45,546 nt of DNA from Pseudomonadota bacterium (GCA_043771805.1 JAYVGZ010000122.1:1-45546), one strand, 5' to 3'. Positions 8,753-17,913 are shown, counted from the first letter of the stretch. Translations and numbers: made by a program. Notes: generated by a model from the sequence alone, not told the origin.

Positions 8753-9981
8753 AGATAGCTGTGTTTTCAACTTCTTTTCCGCGGTTTGAGGGCGATGATG
8801 CTGGGGTCTTTGTGGAACGCATGGTGCAGGCTTTCTCCACCATTGGGCTCTCTGGAGTGGTGTTCGTCCCTCGAGATAGGGGCGAAGTCGATGGGAATAT
8901 CGGCGCGTTCAAGGTGCATCGATTTAGGTATACGTTATTCGGTCGCGGCCGACTTGCCTTTGGTGCAGGAATAATGCCGAACATTCGGGCGGCACCTTTG
9001 TGTGTGACGCAGGCACCAGGATTATTGGCTGGTTTTTTTATCTCAGCCTTTCAGAGTCGAGAAGGCTTAGATCTCGTTCACGCCAATTGGCTTATTACAG
9101 CGATCCCAGCGATGGCTTTTGCATGGTGTCGGGGCACGCCCTACGTAGTGACCACGCGAGGCGAAGACCTCCGATTGCTTCGGTCCATGTTTTTTCGTCT
9201 CGTATTGGCGATTCCGCTGAAAAGAGCCTCGCGAATCGTTACCGTTGGAAAATCTGTCGGCGAGGAGTTGGAGCAGTACTATCCAAGATTAGCAAATCGC
9301 CTCGTCACCATCGAAAATGGGGTGACCTTACGCTGCCCGACTTATGACGAAATCAACGCCTTCAAAAAGGCTAGGGCAATCACCGCGGAATCGGAATACC
9401 TTGTATTCGTAGGCTCTCTCATTCCCCGAAAGCAGATCGAAGTACTTATTGAGGCGCTCAGTAAGGTGAGTCGTAGTGACGTAGTGCTGTTGCTGTGTGG
9501 TCGAATGGATGATCAGAATTACGTGCACAATCTTCGCGAGCTCATTCAGCAGCTGGGACTGGAGTTGCGGGTGAGGTTCGAGGGCGCTGTGCGTTCAAAT
9601 GACATCGCACTGTATTTGGCAACCGCCGTTGGATACATTTCAGCCTCCTCATTTGAAGGCCGACCAAACTCAGTACTTGAGGCGATGGCTGCTGGACTGC
9701 CGGTGCTCTTATCCGACATACCGGCTCACCAAGAGATGATCCAACCGGATGAATCCGGATTGCTTTTCAGCGACGCTGATGAAGCAGCTCGTGCAATTGA
9801 GAGTATTCTTGACAGTCCTCAGTTAAGAGACACTTTGGGTTTGGCAGCGGCGGAAGCTGTTCGATCTCAATCCTGGGAAGAGAGTGCAAAGAGCTATCAA
9901 AATCTCTTTTCGGAGATTCTTGGGAGAGAGGGGACCTCAGTACAATCCGGCGAGCTTAAACCCAATACCCGCGGCAACTAG
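8749..9981 (+). CDS. GT4-family (GT-B) glycosyltransferase
   Basis: E-x7-E motif FEGRPNSVLEAMAAGLPVL and N-terminus MKIAVFSTSFP. The start was moved to the ATG at 8749, which overlaps the upstream stop. Confidence 0.85.
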   Translation: MKIAVFSTSFPRFEGDDAGVFVERMVQAFSTIGLSGVVFVPRDRGEVDGNIGAFKVHRFRYTLFGRGRLAFGAGIMPNIRAAPLCVTQAPGLLAGFFISAFQSREGLDLVHANWLITAIPAMAFAWCRGTPYVVTTRGEDLRLLRSMFFRLVLAIPLKRASRIVTVGKSVGEELEQYYPRLANRLVTIENGVTLRCPTYDEINAFKKARAITAESEYLVFVGSLIPRKQIEVLIEALSKVSRSDVVLLLCGRMDDQNYVHNLRELIQQLGLELRVRFEGAVRSNDIALYLATAVGYISASSFEGRPNSVLEAMAAGLPVLLSDIPAHQEMIQPDESGLLFSDADEAARAIESILDSPQLRDTLGLAAAEAVRSQSWEESAKSYQNLFSEILGREGTSVQSGELKPNTRGN

Positions 9982-10329
9982 ACTGCCATACACGTTCAAT
10001 GCAGCCGATACGCCAGCGGTTATAATTTGCCCAGAATGTACAAGCTGTAGGATATCCACGCTGAAGGCAGAGAATGTAGTAAACCCTCCAAGTACTCCCG
10101 TAAACACCAAGGCCTTGGTGTGAGGGTCGATGCCGTCAAGGCTGCCTCCAAACCGCGCCACTAGGTAGCCTGCCACAAAGCACCCGACTACGTTCACGAT
10201 AACGGTAGAAAGAGAAAGTGATGTTTTTGCCAAGAGATACTCGACGGCGAATGCACACCCAAATCGTAGGAGCGCACCGCACGCGCCCCCTGTCGCGACG
10301 AGCACAAGAATAAAGGGAGAAATAATCAT
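9937..10329 (-). CDS. crcB: fluoride ion channel CrcB/FluC
   Basis: 130 aa with 4 TM helices, GGACGALLRF and GGFTTFSAFS motifs. Its 3' end overlaps the convergent GT4 gene by 45 nt. Confidence 0.9.
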   Translation of the reverse strand: MIISPFILVLVATGGACGALLRFGCAFAVEYLLAKTSLSLSTVIVNVVGCFVAGYLVARFGGSLDGIDPHTKALVFTGVLGGFTTFSAFSVDILQLVHSGQIITAGVSAALNVYGSLVAAGIGFKLAGLY

Positions 10330-10456
10330 CGCAAAGCTCTTCGTAAATCAGATCCACACAGGCTGAGACCGTTCAAAAATGAGGTGCGAGAACCTATTAG
10401 CGCACACGTTAAAATTGAACGTCATATCTACATACAAGGTTTACAAGGTTGTGACT

Positions 10457-11749
10457 ATGCCAAAATCATTGCACCTGGCGCTCTCTCTGATTCGGATCCC
10501 ACACCTTGCGCTGTCGCTTTTCGTTTTTCCATTAGTACTCAGTCTCGTGCTTGTCGTTGGGCAGCTCGTAGTCACCGGGGTCTTTATGAAGACTGCCGGG
10601 AGAGATGCGGATGAGGTTGTTGTTTCCTCAAAGCGACGGGAGGAGAACAACCTCCTTCGTCGACTGCTTTACAGTGAGGGGCGCCGCCGCGACCCAATCA
10701 AAATATGCAGGTGGGTTACCGATTTGAATGACGGTCAAGAGAAGCCCCCGGGAGATGCATGTCAACCAGATAGACTTGATGTTGCTCTTCGAGCTGCCGA
10801 TCCTGCAACGTTCGATGCCCAACAGTACGCTAGCATTTTTGAGGGACATATCGACCGACTTCATGTGTGCCGGGAATGCGAGCCAGACATCGTTATTTCA
10901 TTTGATGAAAAGGGACGACCGATATCAAAATCCTCGAGTGCTTTTGGGATGATTGTGCTCATGCTTCCATATGAGAGCAGAAATCTTGCTGACAAGAAGA
11001 TTAGCTTTCGACGAGATGTCGAAAATATTCGTCTTTTACTCGGAAGTCTTTACTTCACGGTACCGGAGATTCCGGGAGGGATTGGTGTATCTGAACTCAA
11101 GACCTCCATCCCGGTGACGCTCAATATTACGTTTCTCGTCGTAATCGCCCTTTGGTTGGCCCTGAAAGCACACCGCAAAGTACTCGATTATTTTTCGCAC
11201 AATAACGTGCTAATGCCGTTAGTGGCGGCGTGCGGAAAGAATAGGTTTTATGCAGCCATTTGGTCTCTTACAGCTCTAAGGGTATTCTGTTTTCTCGGCG
11301 CGTCGATTCCCTTGGTTTACTTCGGGCTCCAAGACGTGTCCGATGCCAAAGCCTTTTCGAGCCTCAAGGTCTCAACACTGCAGGTCGTCGTATGGCTTAT
11401 TACCCTTGTGACGTCGCTCGGGTTAGCCACTATGATGGCTTCTCTCTCAGAGCTGAAGCACCGTCAAAGCGTCTTAAGCCTCACCTACCGATATGTTCCA
11501 ATTCTGTTCGCGCTTCTCGGTGCGATCGTGTGGAGCGGGTCGTTCCTTTTTATCGGGGAAGCCTCAAGCTTCCTTCGTACCGTTATAACGATTCTTCCCA
11601 TTATCGGCATGACACCCATTTTTGTGGGGCCAATTCTTAATCTGCCCGTCTATATGATGCTGACTCATGCTGCATTTTCAACCATCTTGTTACTCGTTGC
11701 GCTGCGACACAACGCGCGCTGGTTTGCGGCACATCTGGAGGAGGTATGA
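10457..11749 (+). CDS. ABC-2-type transporter permease-like membrane protein
   Basis: TM1, then an extracytoplasmic loop of about 190 aa, then 5-6 TM helices. ATGA overlap with the downstream ABC ATPase. The start was placed at MPKSLHL; the track ORF starts at 10379. Confidence 0.5.
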   Translation: MPKSLHLALSLIRIPHLALSLFVFPLVLSLVLVVGQLVVTGVFMKTAGRDADEVVVSSKRREENNLLRRLLYSEGRRRDPIKICRWVTDLNDGQEKPPGDACQPDRLDVALRAADPATFDAQQYASIFEGHIDRLHVCRECEPDIVISFDEKGRPISKSSSAFGMIVLMLPYESRNLADKKISFRRDVENIRLLLGSLYFTVPEIPGGIGVSELKTSIPVTLNITFLVVIALWLALKAHRKVLDYFSHNNVLMPLVAACGKNRFYAAIWSLTALRVFCFLGASIPLVYFGLQDVSDAKAFSSLKVSTLQVVVWLITLVTSLGLATMMASLSELKHRQSVLSLTYRYVPILFALLGAIVWSGSFLFIGEASSFLRTVITILPIIGMTPIFVGPILNLPVYMMLTHAAFSTILLLVALRHNARWFAAHLEEV

Positions 11750-12519
11750 CACAGAACCCCGATCATGCGATCACCCTTACGGCTAAAGACCTCGGTATCC
11801 GGTACACAGACCTTGTGGCCCTTGATATTCCGGCCTTAGCAGTAACCGGGACTGTAATAGCGCTCCTTGGTCACAACGGTGCAGGTAAATCAACTATGAT
11901 CAAGGCTCTCCTGGGTTTATTGGAGCCGTTTAGCGGATCTCTTTCGGCGGTAGACCGACGAGGTAACCGTCTTGTACCCGAGGAGCACATGGCCTTCTGC
12001 CCAGAAAATGGTGCTGTGTTCGCGGATATCTCGGTTGAACGATATCTGCAGTTATGGTGCCGGATTAAACATTACGATCCGAAGTACTACAGAAAGGCTG
12101 GTGCAAAGTACGTCGAACGGCTCGAGCTTGGGCCTCTCCTTTCAAAAAAAGGTCGCGAGCTATCGAAGGGACAACGTAGACGTACGCAGACCGCGCTTGG
12201 ATTTATGAGTGATCCTAAGCTATTCCTTTTTGATGAGCCATTTGATGGCCTTGACGTTCAACGAACGAATGAGCTGATGGAGATCGTTGAAGAGGAGTGT
12301 CACCACCGTACCTTCGTCATTTCGTCGCACCGTATGGATGTCATGGAGCGGGTCGCTGATGGGGTTATTGTTCTTAAAGGCGGGGAGGTTGCTACCGTCG
12401 GATCGGTCGCTGAGGTGTGCTCAGACCTAAGTCTGGGTCGTATTTTGCCCGAGGATATGAATCTTACCGATGCAATGCGGGTTCATTTGCAGGAGCTTCG
12501 TGTGAACAGTCAAGCTTGA
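11746..12519 (+). CDS. ABC transporter ATP-binding protein
   Basis: Walker A GHNGAGKST, signature LSKGQRRR, Walker B LFLFDEPFDGLD. Confidence 0.85.
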   Translation: MTQNPDHAITLTAKDLGIRYTDLVALDIPALAVTGTVIALLGHNGAGKSTMIKALLGLLEPFSGSLSAVDRRGNRLVPEEHMAFCPENGAVFADISVERYLQLWCRIKHYDPKYYRKAGAKYVERLELGPLLSKKGRELSKGQRRRTQTALGFMSDPKLFLFDEPFDGLDVQRTNELMEIVEEECHHRTFVISSHRMDVMERVADGVIVLKGGEVATVGSVAEVCSDLSLGRILPEDMNLTDAMRVHLQELRVNSQA

Positions 12520-12644
12520 TACCATCACCGGTCTTGTATCCGAGTATTCTCATTGAGACCCGTAACAAATATCACCAACACTGAGCGAGGCGGTCTGGTG
12601 AAGAGTAACTAAATGCATAGACCCTCCAACCATTGAAGACTATA

Positions 12645-12658
12645 AGAAGACGTCTTCT
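12645..12658. promoter_or_regulatory. perfect 14-bp palindrome upstream of the lipoprotein gene (candidate operator)
   Basis: agaagacgtcttct, ending 18 nt before the ATG at 12677. Confidence 0.3.
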
Positions 12659-12676
12659 CCTAACGCATGGAACTCT

Positions 12677-14326
12677 ATGAAAGTATCGAAAAACGTTCGA
12701 CCTCTCTCCGCTCTCGTGATTAGTGCGCTTGCATTTGGCCTAGGCTGCAAAGGATCGAGCCCTGTGCCGACAAAGAGCACCAATCTAACGGGGCTCCTAC
12801 CCGCTAAGACCATTGGATTCCTCTCGGGTGATTTTCAGAACGAAGACATTCAAACATTCCTCCTCTCGGAGGAGTACAGTTTGTACATCGAGGGAATTCG
12901 ATCGGCGACAGAGAAGAACAAACAGGTAACGGGAGACTTTACCGCTTACTGGGAGGTTTTGCAGTCCATAGGCCTGGTCGCTGCCAAGGGTGATACTACT
13001 CGACCGATCGGTGCCGCGCTCTTTTTTGCCGCTGTGGGTGAGAATAAAAGTGTAGACCTTGGTGCATATTACGACTTAGTTCCGGGCAGTAATGGCAAAA
13101 CACTCCTAGGAAAGGCAAAAGAGGCGCTCGGGCGAGCTAAAGTAGCAAGTGAGCCAGTTTCCGGCGCGGGTTTCGAGGGCGTGGCGATAAAGTTGTTTGC
13201 AAATGCTGGTGAAGTAGCTCCGACCGTAGCCGCGTATCGGGACATGCTCAAGTTGGATACTGTTTTCGTAGCGGCTAATGAGAGCCGCATCGTGCTTTCT
13301 ACTACAAAACTGGGGCTTGAGCGTGGCTTCGCACCAGCCAAGGATGAAGCGAAAGCGTTGCTTGAGGGCGAAGACTTTAAAAAAGTAATTACTAGTGCTG
13401 GTGGAACCACTGCCTTGCCGATTTATGGAATGGTCGATGTGAGACAGGTTGCAGAAACGGTTGCCTTTGATTCAAGCGACAGCAAAGATCTGCCAGTCTC
13501 CCTTATCGGAGTAACATCCGGTTTCAAAAATAAGACAATTGTAGGGAATTTGGCTGCTCTTGTTTCTCCAAAAACTCCAGATCAGGAGAAGGGATTTGGA
13601 GCTTTGGTTGGCTCAAGCGTAGCCCCGCTTTTGTCAAACATGAGCGGCACTTCCGCGTTTGCGTTCTCGATTGATGGTGGTGTACTGAAGCGAGCGGTTG
13701 AGGCATTTGGGAGTGAGATTCCGCAGGAAGAGCGTGGAAAAATTACTGACTTGCTCGGTAAAATTCAGGCACTAAGTATTGGGTTTGCCCCCGCCACGAG
13801 CACTCTCCCTTACCCAGATATGACTATCTCTCTCGCCTCAACGGATACCGATGGGCTTGTCGCAGGTATCAAAGCACTTATGGCAGAGGGGCCTTTGCCT
13901 CCGGGTATGGAATTGAAGGGCGGAACGGTAGAAGGAATCGCTGTCGAATCTTTACCGACACCGCTTGGTATAAAAATCCATCTAGCGAAGGATGCAAAGC
14001 ACGTAGTTATTGCTGCGGGTGATGGCGCGTTGATCGCGGCTATGAAAGAGAGCGGGCCCTCGGGATCGTTGGCGGCTAGTGCTGCGTACAAAATTGTCGC
14101 TGAGCGTCTCAAGTCGCCGGTGGTAGCACTAGTGGTTTACTATCCGAAATTCGGTGTGATTCTGGAGTCTGCCATGCAGGCGGCCGCGATGTTTGCGCCG
14201 CAAGGGGCAGCACTTCCGAAAAGCTCTTATGAGCAGTTTAAGCACATGGGGCGAGTTAGTATTGGATTTAGTTATGTGCCGGGGGTTGCTTCTGTTTCGT
14301 TTGCGCAAGACCTGGCTAAGCAGTAG
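12677..14326 (+). CDS. large lipoprotein of unknown function
   Basis: Signal peptide with lipobox AFGLGC (Cys24). The 549-aa body is Ala/Gly/Lys-rich and soluble. No family recognised. Confidence 0.7.
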   Translation: MKVSKNVRPLSALVISALAFGLGCKGSSPVPTKSTNLTGLLPAKTIGFLSGDFQNEDIQTFLLSEEYSLYIEGIRSATEKNKQVTGDFTAYWEVLQSIGLVAAKGDTTRPIGAALFFAAVGENKSVDLGAYYDLVPGSNGKTLLGKAKEALGRAKVASEPVSGAGFEGVAIKLFANAGEVAPTVAAYRDMLKLDTVFVAANESRIVLSTTKLGLERGFAPAKDEAKALLEGEDFKKVITSAGGTTALPIYGMVDVRQVAETVAFDSSDSKDLPVSLIGVTSGFKNKTIVGNLAALVSPKTPDQEKGFGALVGSSVAPLLSNMSGTSAFAFSIDGGVLKRAVEAFGSEIPQEERGKITDLLGKIQALSIGFAPATSTLPYPDMTISLASTDTDGLVAGIKALMAEGPLPPGMELKGGTVEGIAVESLPTPLGIKIHLAKDAKHVVIAAGDGALIAAMKESGPSGSLAASAAYKIVAERLKSPVVALVVYYPKFGVILESAMQAAAMFAPQGAALPKSSYEQFKHMGRVSIGFSYVPGVASVSFAQDLAKQ

Positions 14327-14412
14327 AAGACCAGATCACCATTGGTCAGGATTGCCGGATTGAGGTGTCTGGTAGTACGGGAAACTGGGTAGGGCTGAGG
14401 CGAAGCATTTAT

Positions 14413-15585
14413 TTATCTCCAAACCTGTTCAAGAAATTTTTTCCAGGGCAAAACGCTCACTCCATTTTCGTTACGCTCCTGCTCTCCGTCGTATACGAGT
14501 ATGGGGATACCGCCGTCGACGGCTTCGGTTATTGCTTTCAATGCAGCTAGGTCTTTTACCGTTACTGTTCTTGATGACTTTATCTCCACGCAAAGAGGCT
14601 TTTGCTTTGGTAACTCGATAATTAAATCAAGTTCAGCACCATCTTTTGTGCGCAAGTGCGAGAAACGGGCATCTTTCCTGTGATAGGAATTCAGTTTTAA
14701 ACACTCAAGCACTACATGGTGTTCAAAAGCTCTTCCCCACTCTGAAGTACCGTGGCGTAAGTCGGAGGTAATATTCTTTTCTAACGCATTCTTCACTCCG
14801 ATATCAAAGAAGTAGAACTTCGATGATAATATCGTGCGCTGACGAGCTGATCGCGTAAAGGCCGGAAGAAAAAATCCTAGAAGCGTATCTTCTAAAATCT
14901 CAAAATACCGTCCTACTGCCTTCTGATCTACGAGAGCAGCATCACCTATCTTAGAGAATGCTACGGGTTGCCCGTTAGCCTGTGCTGCCGCTTCCAAGAA
15001 GCGAACAAAGGGTTCGAGCTTTCGCACAATCTGCTCTTCCTTGATCTCCTCTTTGACATAAGTCGATACATAGCTACGAAGGATCTCTGCTCGTTGTTCA
15101 TTAGACTCAGCTGTCACTACGGCAGGTAAGGTACCCCAGCGCAGGGCCTGACTGAGCTGCCAATCATCACCAACCTCTAAAAGAGAAAGCGAGTGAAGAT
15201 CATTCACAAGTGCTCGGGCTGCTAACATGTCAGCACCGCCACGCTTTAGCTTGCGTGCACTCGAACCCGTCAGGGCAAATTTAATTTTACGATGATAATT
15301 TGGATCTTCGAGGATATCGTGTACCTCATTCAGGAGTGCTGGTACTCGCTGCACTTCATCGATTACTACCCATTCAGCTAACTCACCATCAATCGAGAGA
15401 AACTGTCGCAAAGTCGAAGGTCTTGTTAAAAGCTCCAAGTAAAGTTCTTCTTTGAGAAGATTAACGGTTGCTACACGGTTGCTGTCTGCAAAGATTCTGC
15501 GAAGAAGCCAGGTTTTACCTACTCCGCGCGGTCCGAATAGGAAAAAGCTCTGATTTAACAATGGTTTGCATAATCTTGGGTACAT
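14413..15585 (-). CDS. AAA+ ATPase of the AAA_14/DUF4143 family with a PD-(D/E)xK-like C-terminus
   Basis: Walker A GPRGVGKT, Walker B VVIDEVQ, the conserved TGSSARKLKRGGA segment, and a C-terminal ELDLI...VEIK nuclease-like motif. Paralog of 42680..43822. Confidence 0.85.
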   Translation of the reverse strand: MYPRLCKPLLNQSFFLFGPRGVGKTWLLRRIFADSNRVATVNLLKEELYLELLTRPSTLRQFLSIDGELAEWVVIDEVQRVPALLNEVHDILEDPNYHRKIKFALTGSSARKLKRGGADMLAARALVNDLHSLSLLEVGDDWQLSQALRWGTLPAVVTAESNEQRAEILRSYVSTYVKEEIKEEQIVRKLEPFVRFLEAAAQANGQPVAFSKIGDAALVDQKAVGRYFEILEDTLLGFFLPAFTRSARQRTILSSKFYFFDIGVKNALEKNITSDLRHGTSEWGRAFEHHVVLECLKLNSYHRKDARFSHLRTKDGAELDLIIELPKQKPLCVEIKSSRTVTVKDLAALKAITEAVDGGIPILVYDGEQERNENGVSVLPWKKFLEQVWR

Positions 15586-15617
15586 ATGTCTGAAATGTAC
15601 GACGTTTCAGACATATG
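15583..15617. repeat. perfect 13-bp inverted repeat enclosing the start codon of the AAA ATPase gene
   Basis: catatgtctgaaa (15583-15595) and tttcagacatatg (15605-15617). The stem can extend to about 16 bp with a 3-nt loop. The gene's ATG is the last 3 nt of the 3' arm on the mRNA. Confidence 0.9.
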
Positions 15618-15970
15618 CGCCAGAGGGGCTACCAGTAATCGCACGTTCTAGCTAAGAGATTAAAACCATCCGTAGATCTTCACAGAGCATACTGGCGACT
15701 GTCACTACTGTGTATTGCCGTCACTGAGCCATAAAATATTGCAGGAGTTATCATACGCGCCCTCCATGCTGAATCGCATCCGCACGCCTGGGCGATACTC
15801 ATACAGCTGCTCAGGGCTGTGTTTCAATATTAGCTGGTACAGATCAGGGCCGATCGTATTGCGCCATTCTGCCGCCACTCGCTTTTCTCCGCGACTCCCG
15901 CGCGCATGTAGCTCGCCGAGAATAAATGGAGCCGCAACGTGTCCGAATCTGTGGTGCCCGTCTGCCACGG

Positions 15971-16102
15971 CCAACCGAGACCGATATCGAAGCACTGATC
16001 GCTTAGGGGCGTTGGCCACCGAGTATGGGATTGAAGGGCGGAACGGTGAAAGGGATCGATGTGGAATCCTTACCGACACCGCTTCGTCATGAACACAATT
16101 AA
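15971..16102 (+). pseudogene. fragment of a paralog of the 12677..14326 lipoprotein gene
   Basis: It translates to PTETDIEALIA*GRWPPSMGLKGGTVKGIDVESLPTPLRHEHN*. This aligns with STDTD(GLVAG)IKALMAEGPLPPGMELKGGTVEGIAVESLPTPLGIKIHL of the intact gene (nt ~13840-13975). It carries an in-frame TAG at 16004-16006 and a 15-nt deletion. Confidence 0.8.
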
Positions 16103-17638
16103 CTAACTGGGACGTGGATGTGCTCTAAGCCATTCTTCTCGAAAGCGACTAAGCCCGTCTTCATCTACACCCATCCGTTGTGCGACTTGCCGAGCGTACA
16201 GTGCCGGATCCATGTCCTCAGGAAAACGGCCTTCAACAATTTTGTGCGTTAGGCGAACCCCTGGGCGGCCGTCAGGTTGTACTTCCGAGACAGCGTCTGG
16301 ATGGAGGATCCGAAAGTTTTCGTCAAGCGTATCAAGAAGATCCAAATTGTGAGTCGCGAGAATAACCCGCATCCCGCAAAACTGCATCGTCTTGAGGATC
16401 GGGAGAGCAATCGGCGTGGCAGCCTTCTCGCTTGTTCCACTTCCAATCTCGTCAATTCCTAGAATGGTCCTTGAATCAACTGTGACATCCAAATGATCTG
16501 CGATCCCCCCGAGCTCTTCCCCGAAACGCCCTTCAGTGGAAGAAGACTGATTTTGCTTCGGAACAGTGAAGCCAATCTTCGTAGCAGGTGAGATCTTTCC
16601 AGCCGAGAAAAATCCTCGGCCATGAGCTTGGCAAAGAAGGAGGTTCAACATTACCGACTTTATCCAGGTAGTCTTACCTCCACTGTTGGGGCCACAAAGG
16701 ACAAGACTTTCAGGCCCACCAATTGACGCATCGTTAAGCACGAAATCAGCTTGCGTGGAATGAAGTGGACTTCCCATGTTTTGGGCAACGAAGATGACTT
16801 CATCAGCAGGGACCAATGTCGCTGACGAAGATGGTAATTTTGCATCTCTAAAGAACCGATTTAGTGCTAGCAGGCCTTTCAAATTCGCTATTGAATTGAG
16901 TGCTGGCACAAGCTGTGTCTGGGCCATCTCGTGAAGAGGATGTAGAACAAGTTCTTTATCAATAGGTATCTTAACACCAAAGAGACCCAGAGTGGCAGCG
17001 GCTGACACCCCAGCAATGATGGGGTAGAGGAGCCCAGGTTCTGTCTGAGCTAAGGCGCCAAGGGCAGATCCAGCCGCTGCTGCTCCGGTCAAAGCAATCG
17101 CTGGATCAACTGGGAACGGCCAAAATCTAAATCCTCTAGAATTGAAGGGAACATCACAGCTGGCCATCACCCCCCGCAAAGTGTACGTACAACCATGCAT
17201 CAAGCGCCGCGCAAGTTCTGTCTGGCGAAAGTGTTGTAGATCTTTAAATAGCTCCTGCAACAGCGGACTGCTACAACGAGGGAGCCTATCAGCTGCTTTA
17301 CAAAACTCTACAACTGCACCTGCGCATTCATGATACCAACCGTACCAACTTTGACCAGTCTCTGGTCCATCCATAATCAGTAGTAGGTTTCGGGCACCTG
17401 AATTTTGAAGGAATTGATTGACCGCCCGTTCAAGGGCGGGACTGCTCGCCAACTCTACTCCAGCCTCCTGTCGGAGTCGGATATGCTCAACATCGGTGGG
17501 TAGGTGGCAGAACGACCGAACTAGAGAAATCGCTTCAAGAGTCTTTTCTTCGAAATTGATATGCCTGTCAGACTGCACGCCCATGACACGAAGGATCAAT
17601 TGATCAATTTCAAGATTATTCCATCCATCATCGTCCAC
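16103..17638 (-). CDS. MutS-domain-V-like ABC ATPase with predicted membrane segments (not canonical MutS1/MutS2)
   Basis: FVLNDASIGGPESLVLCGPNSGGKTTWIKS (MutS-type Walker A), DEIGSGTSEKAAT (Walker B) and ATHNLDL. No mismatch-binding or Smr domains. A central hydrophobic stretch AIALTGAAAAGSALGAL...IIAGVSAAATLGLFGV. GTG start; the frame may extend to 17880 (see findings). Confidence 0.75.
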   Translation of the reverse strand: MDDDGWNNLEIDQLILRVMGVQSDRHINFEEKTLEAISLVRSFCHLPTDVEHIRLRQEAGVELASSPALERAVNQFLQNSGARNLLLIMDGPETGQSWYGWYHECAGAVVEFCKAADRLPRCSSPLLQELFKDLQHFRQTELARRLMHGCTYTLRGVMASCDVPFNSRGFRFWPFPVDPAIALTGAAAAGSALGALAQTEPGLLYPIIAGVSAAATLGLFGVKIPIDKELVLHPLHEMAQTQLVPALNSIANLKGLLALNRFFRDAKLPSSSATLVPADEVIFVAQNMGSPLHSTQADFVLNDASIGGPESLVLCGPNSGGKTTWIKSVMLNLLLCQAHGRGFFSAGKISPATKIGFTVPKQNQSSSTEGRFGEELGGIADHLDVTVDSRTILGIDEIGSGTSEKAATPIALPILKTMQFCGMRVILATHNLDLLDTLDENFRILHPDAVSEVQPDGRPGVRLTHKIVEGRFPEDMDPALYARQVAQRMGVDEDGLSRFREEWLRAHPRPS

Positions 17639-17683
17639 GACAGAGGAACCCAGTGCTCTACGCAGTTCTTTGAGGACGCCGTC

Positions 17684-17691
17684 TTTTTTTT
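17684..17691. repeat. T8 (A8 on the coding strand) homopolymer at the junction of two open frames
   Basis: The 66-codon frame from ATG 17880 and the MutS-like frame are both open up to this tract. One extra A would fuse them. Confidence 0.9.
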
Positions 17692-17913
17692 ATTAGCTTC
17701 AAAGGCGACTGAAAGGAGCCCCTCAAAGGCTTTGGACTCTGACACCAAACATCTCCGTGCACGAGTTCGGGCGTCTTCGCATGGTTCATTGGAACCTCCG
17801 ATTGTCGAGGGAACCATTACCCCCGTTGGGTGCTGTAGGTCTCCTCCCAATCGAGGCCTCAGGTGTATAACTGTTGCCATCTTCCATCATCTCCACATAA
17901 TCCAATGTGGCAG

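Noticed and set aside
9937-9981. The 45-nt convergent overlap of the GT4 and crcB 3' ends as a regulatory antisense arrangement.
   Set aside because: The overlap only involves the poorly conserved tail of the GT4 ORF and could reflect a slightly shorter true C-terminus. There is no structural element to support a specific mechanism.
10330-10456. Possible fluoride riboswitch (crcB motif) in the 127-nt leader of crcB on the minus strand.
   Set aside because: I read the reverse complement against the conserved core as I remember it: a GG-x-GAUGG P1 loop, AAACCGCC, and CUGAUGAUGCCUAC with pseudoknot complementarity. Only a generic cugau and short stems are present, and the loop-tail pseudoknot pairing is absent. 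A cmsearch with the Rfam crcB model would settle it.
15705-16092. Track ORFs 15705..16079 (-) and 15715..16092 (+) as intact genes.
   Set aside because: Both run across the lipoprotein-paralog fragment (15971-16102), so at least that part is not native coding sequence. The plus ORF is Arg/Ser/Cys/Pro-rich and looks like antisense. The 3' part of the minus ORF (…EWRNTIGPDLYQLILKHSPEQLYEYRPG…) could be another gene remnant, but I cannot assign a family or a start.
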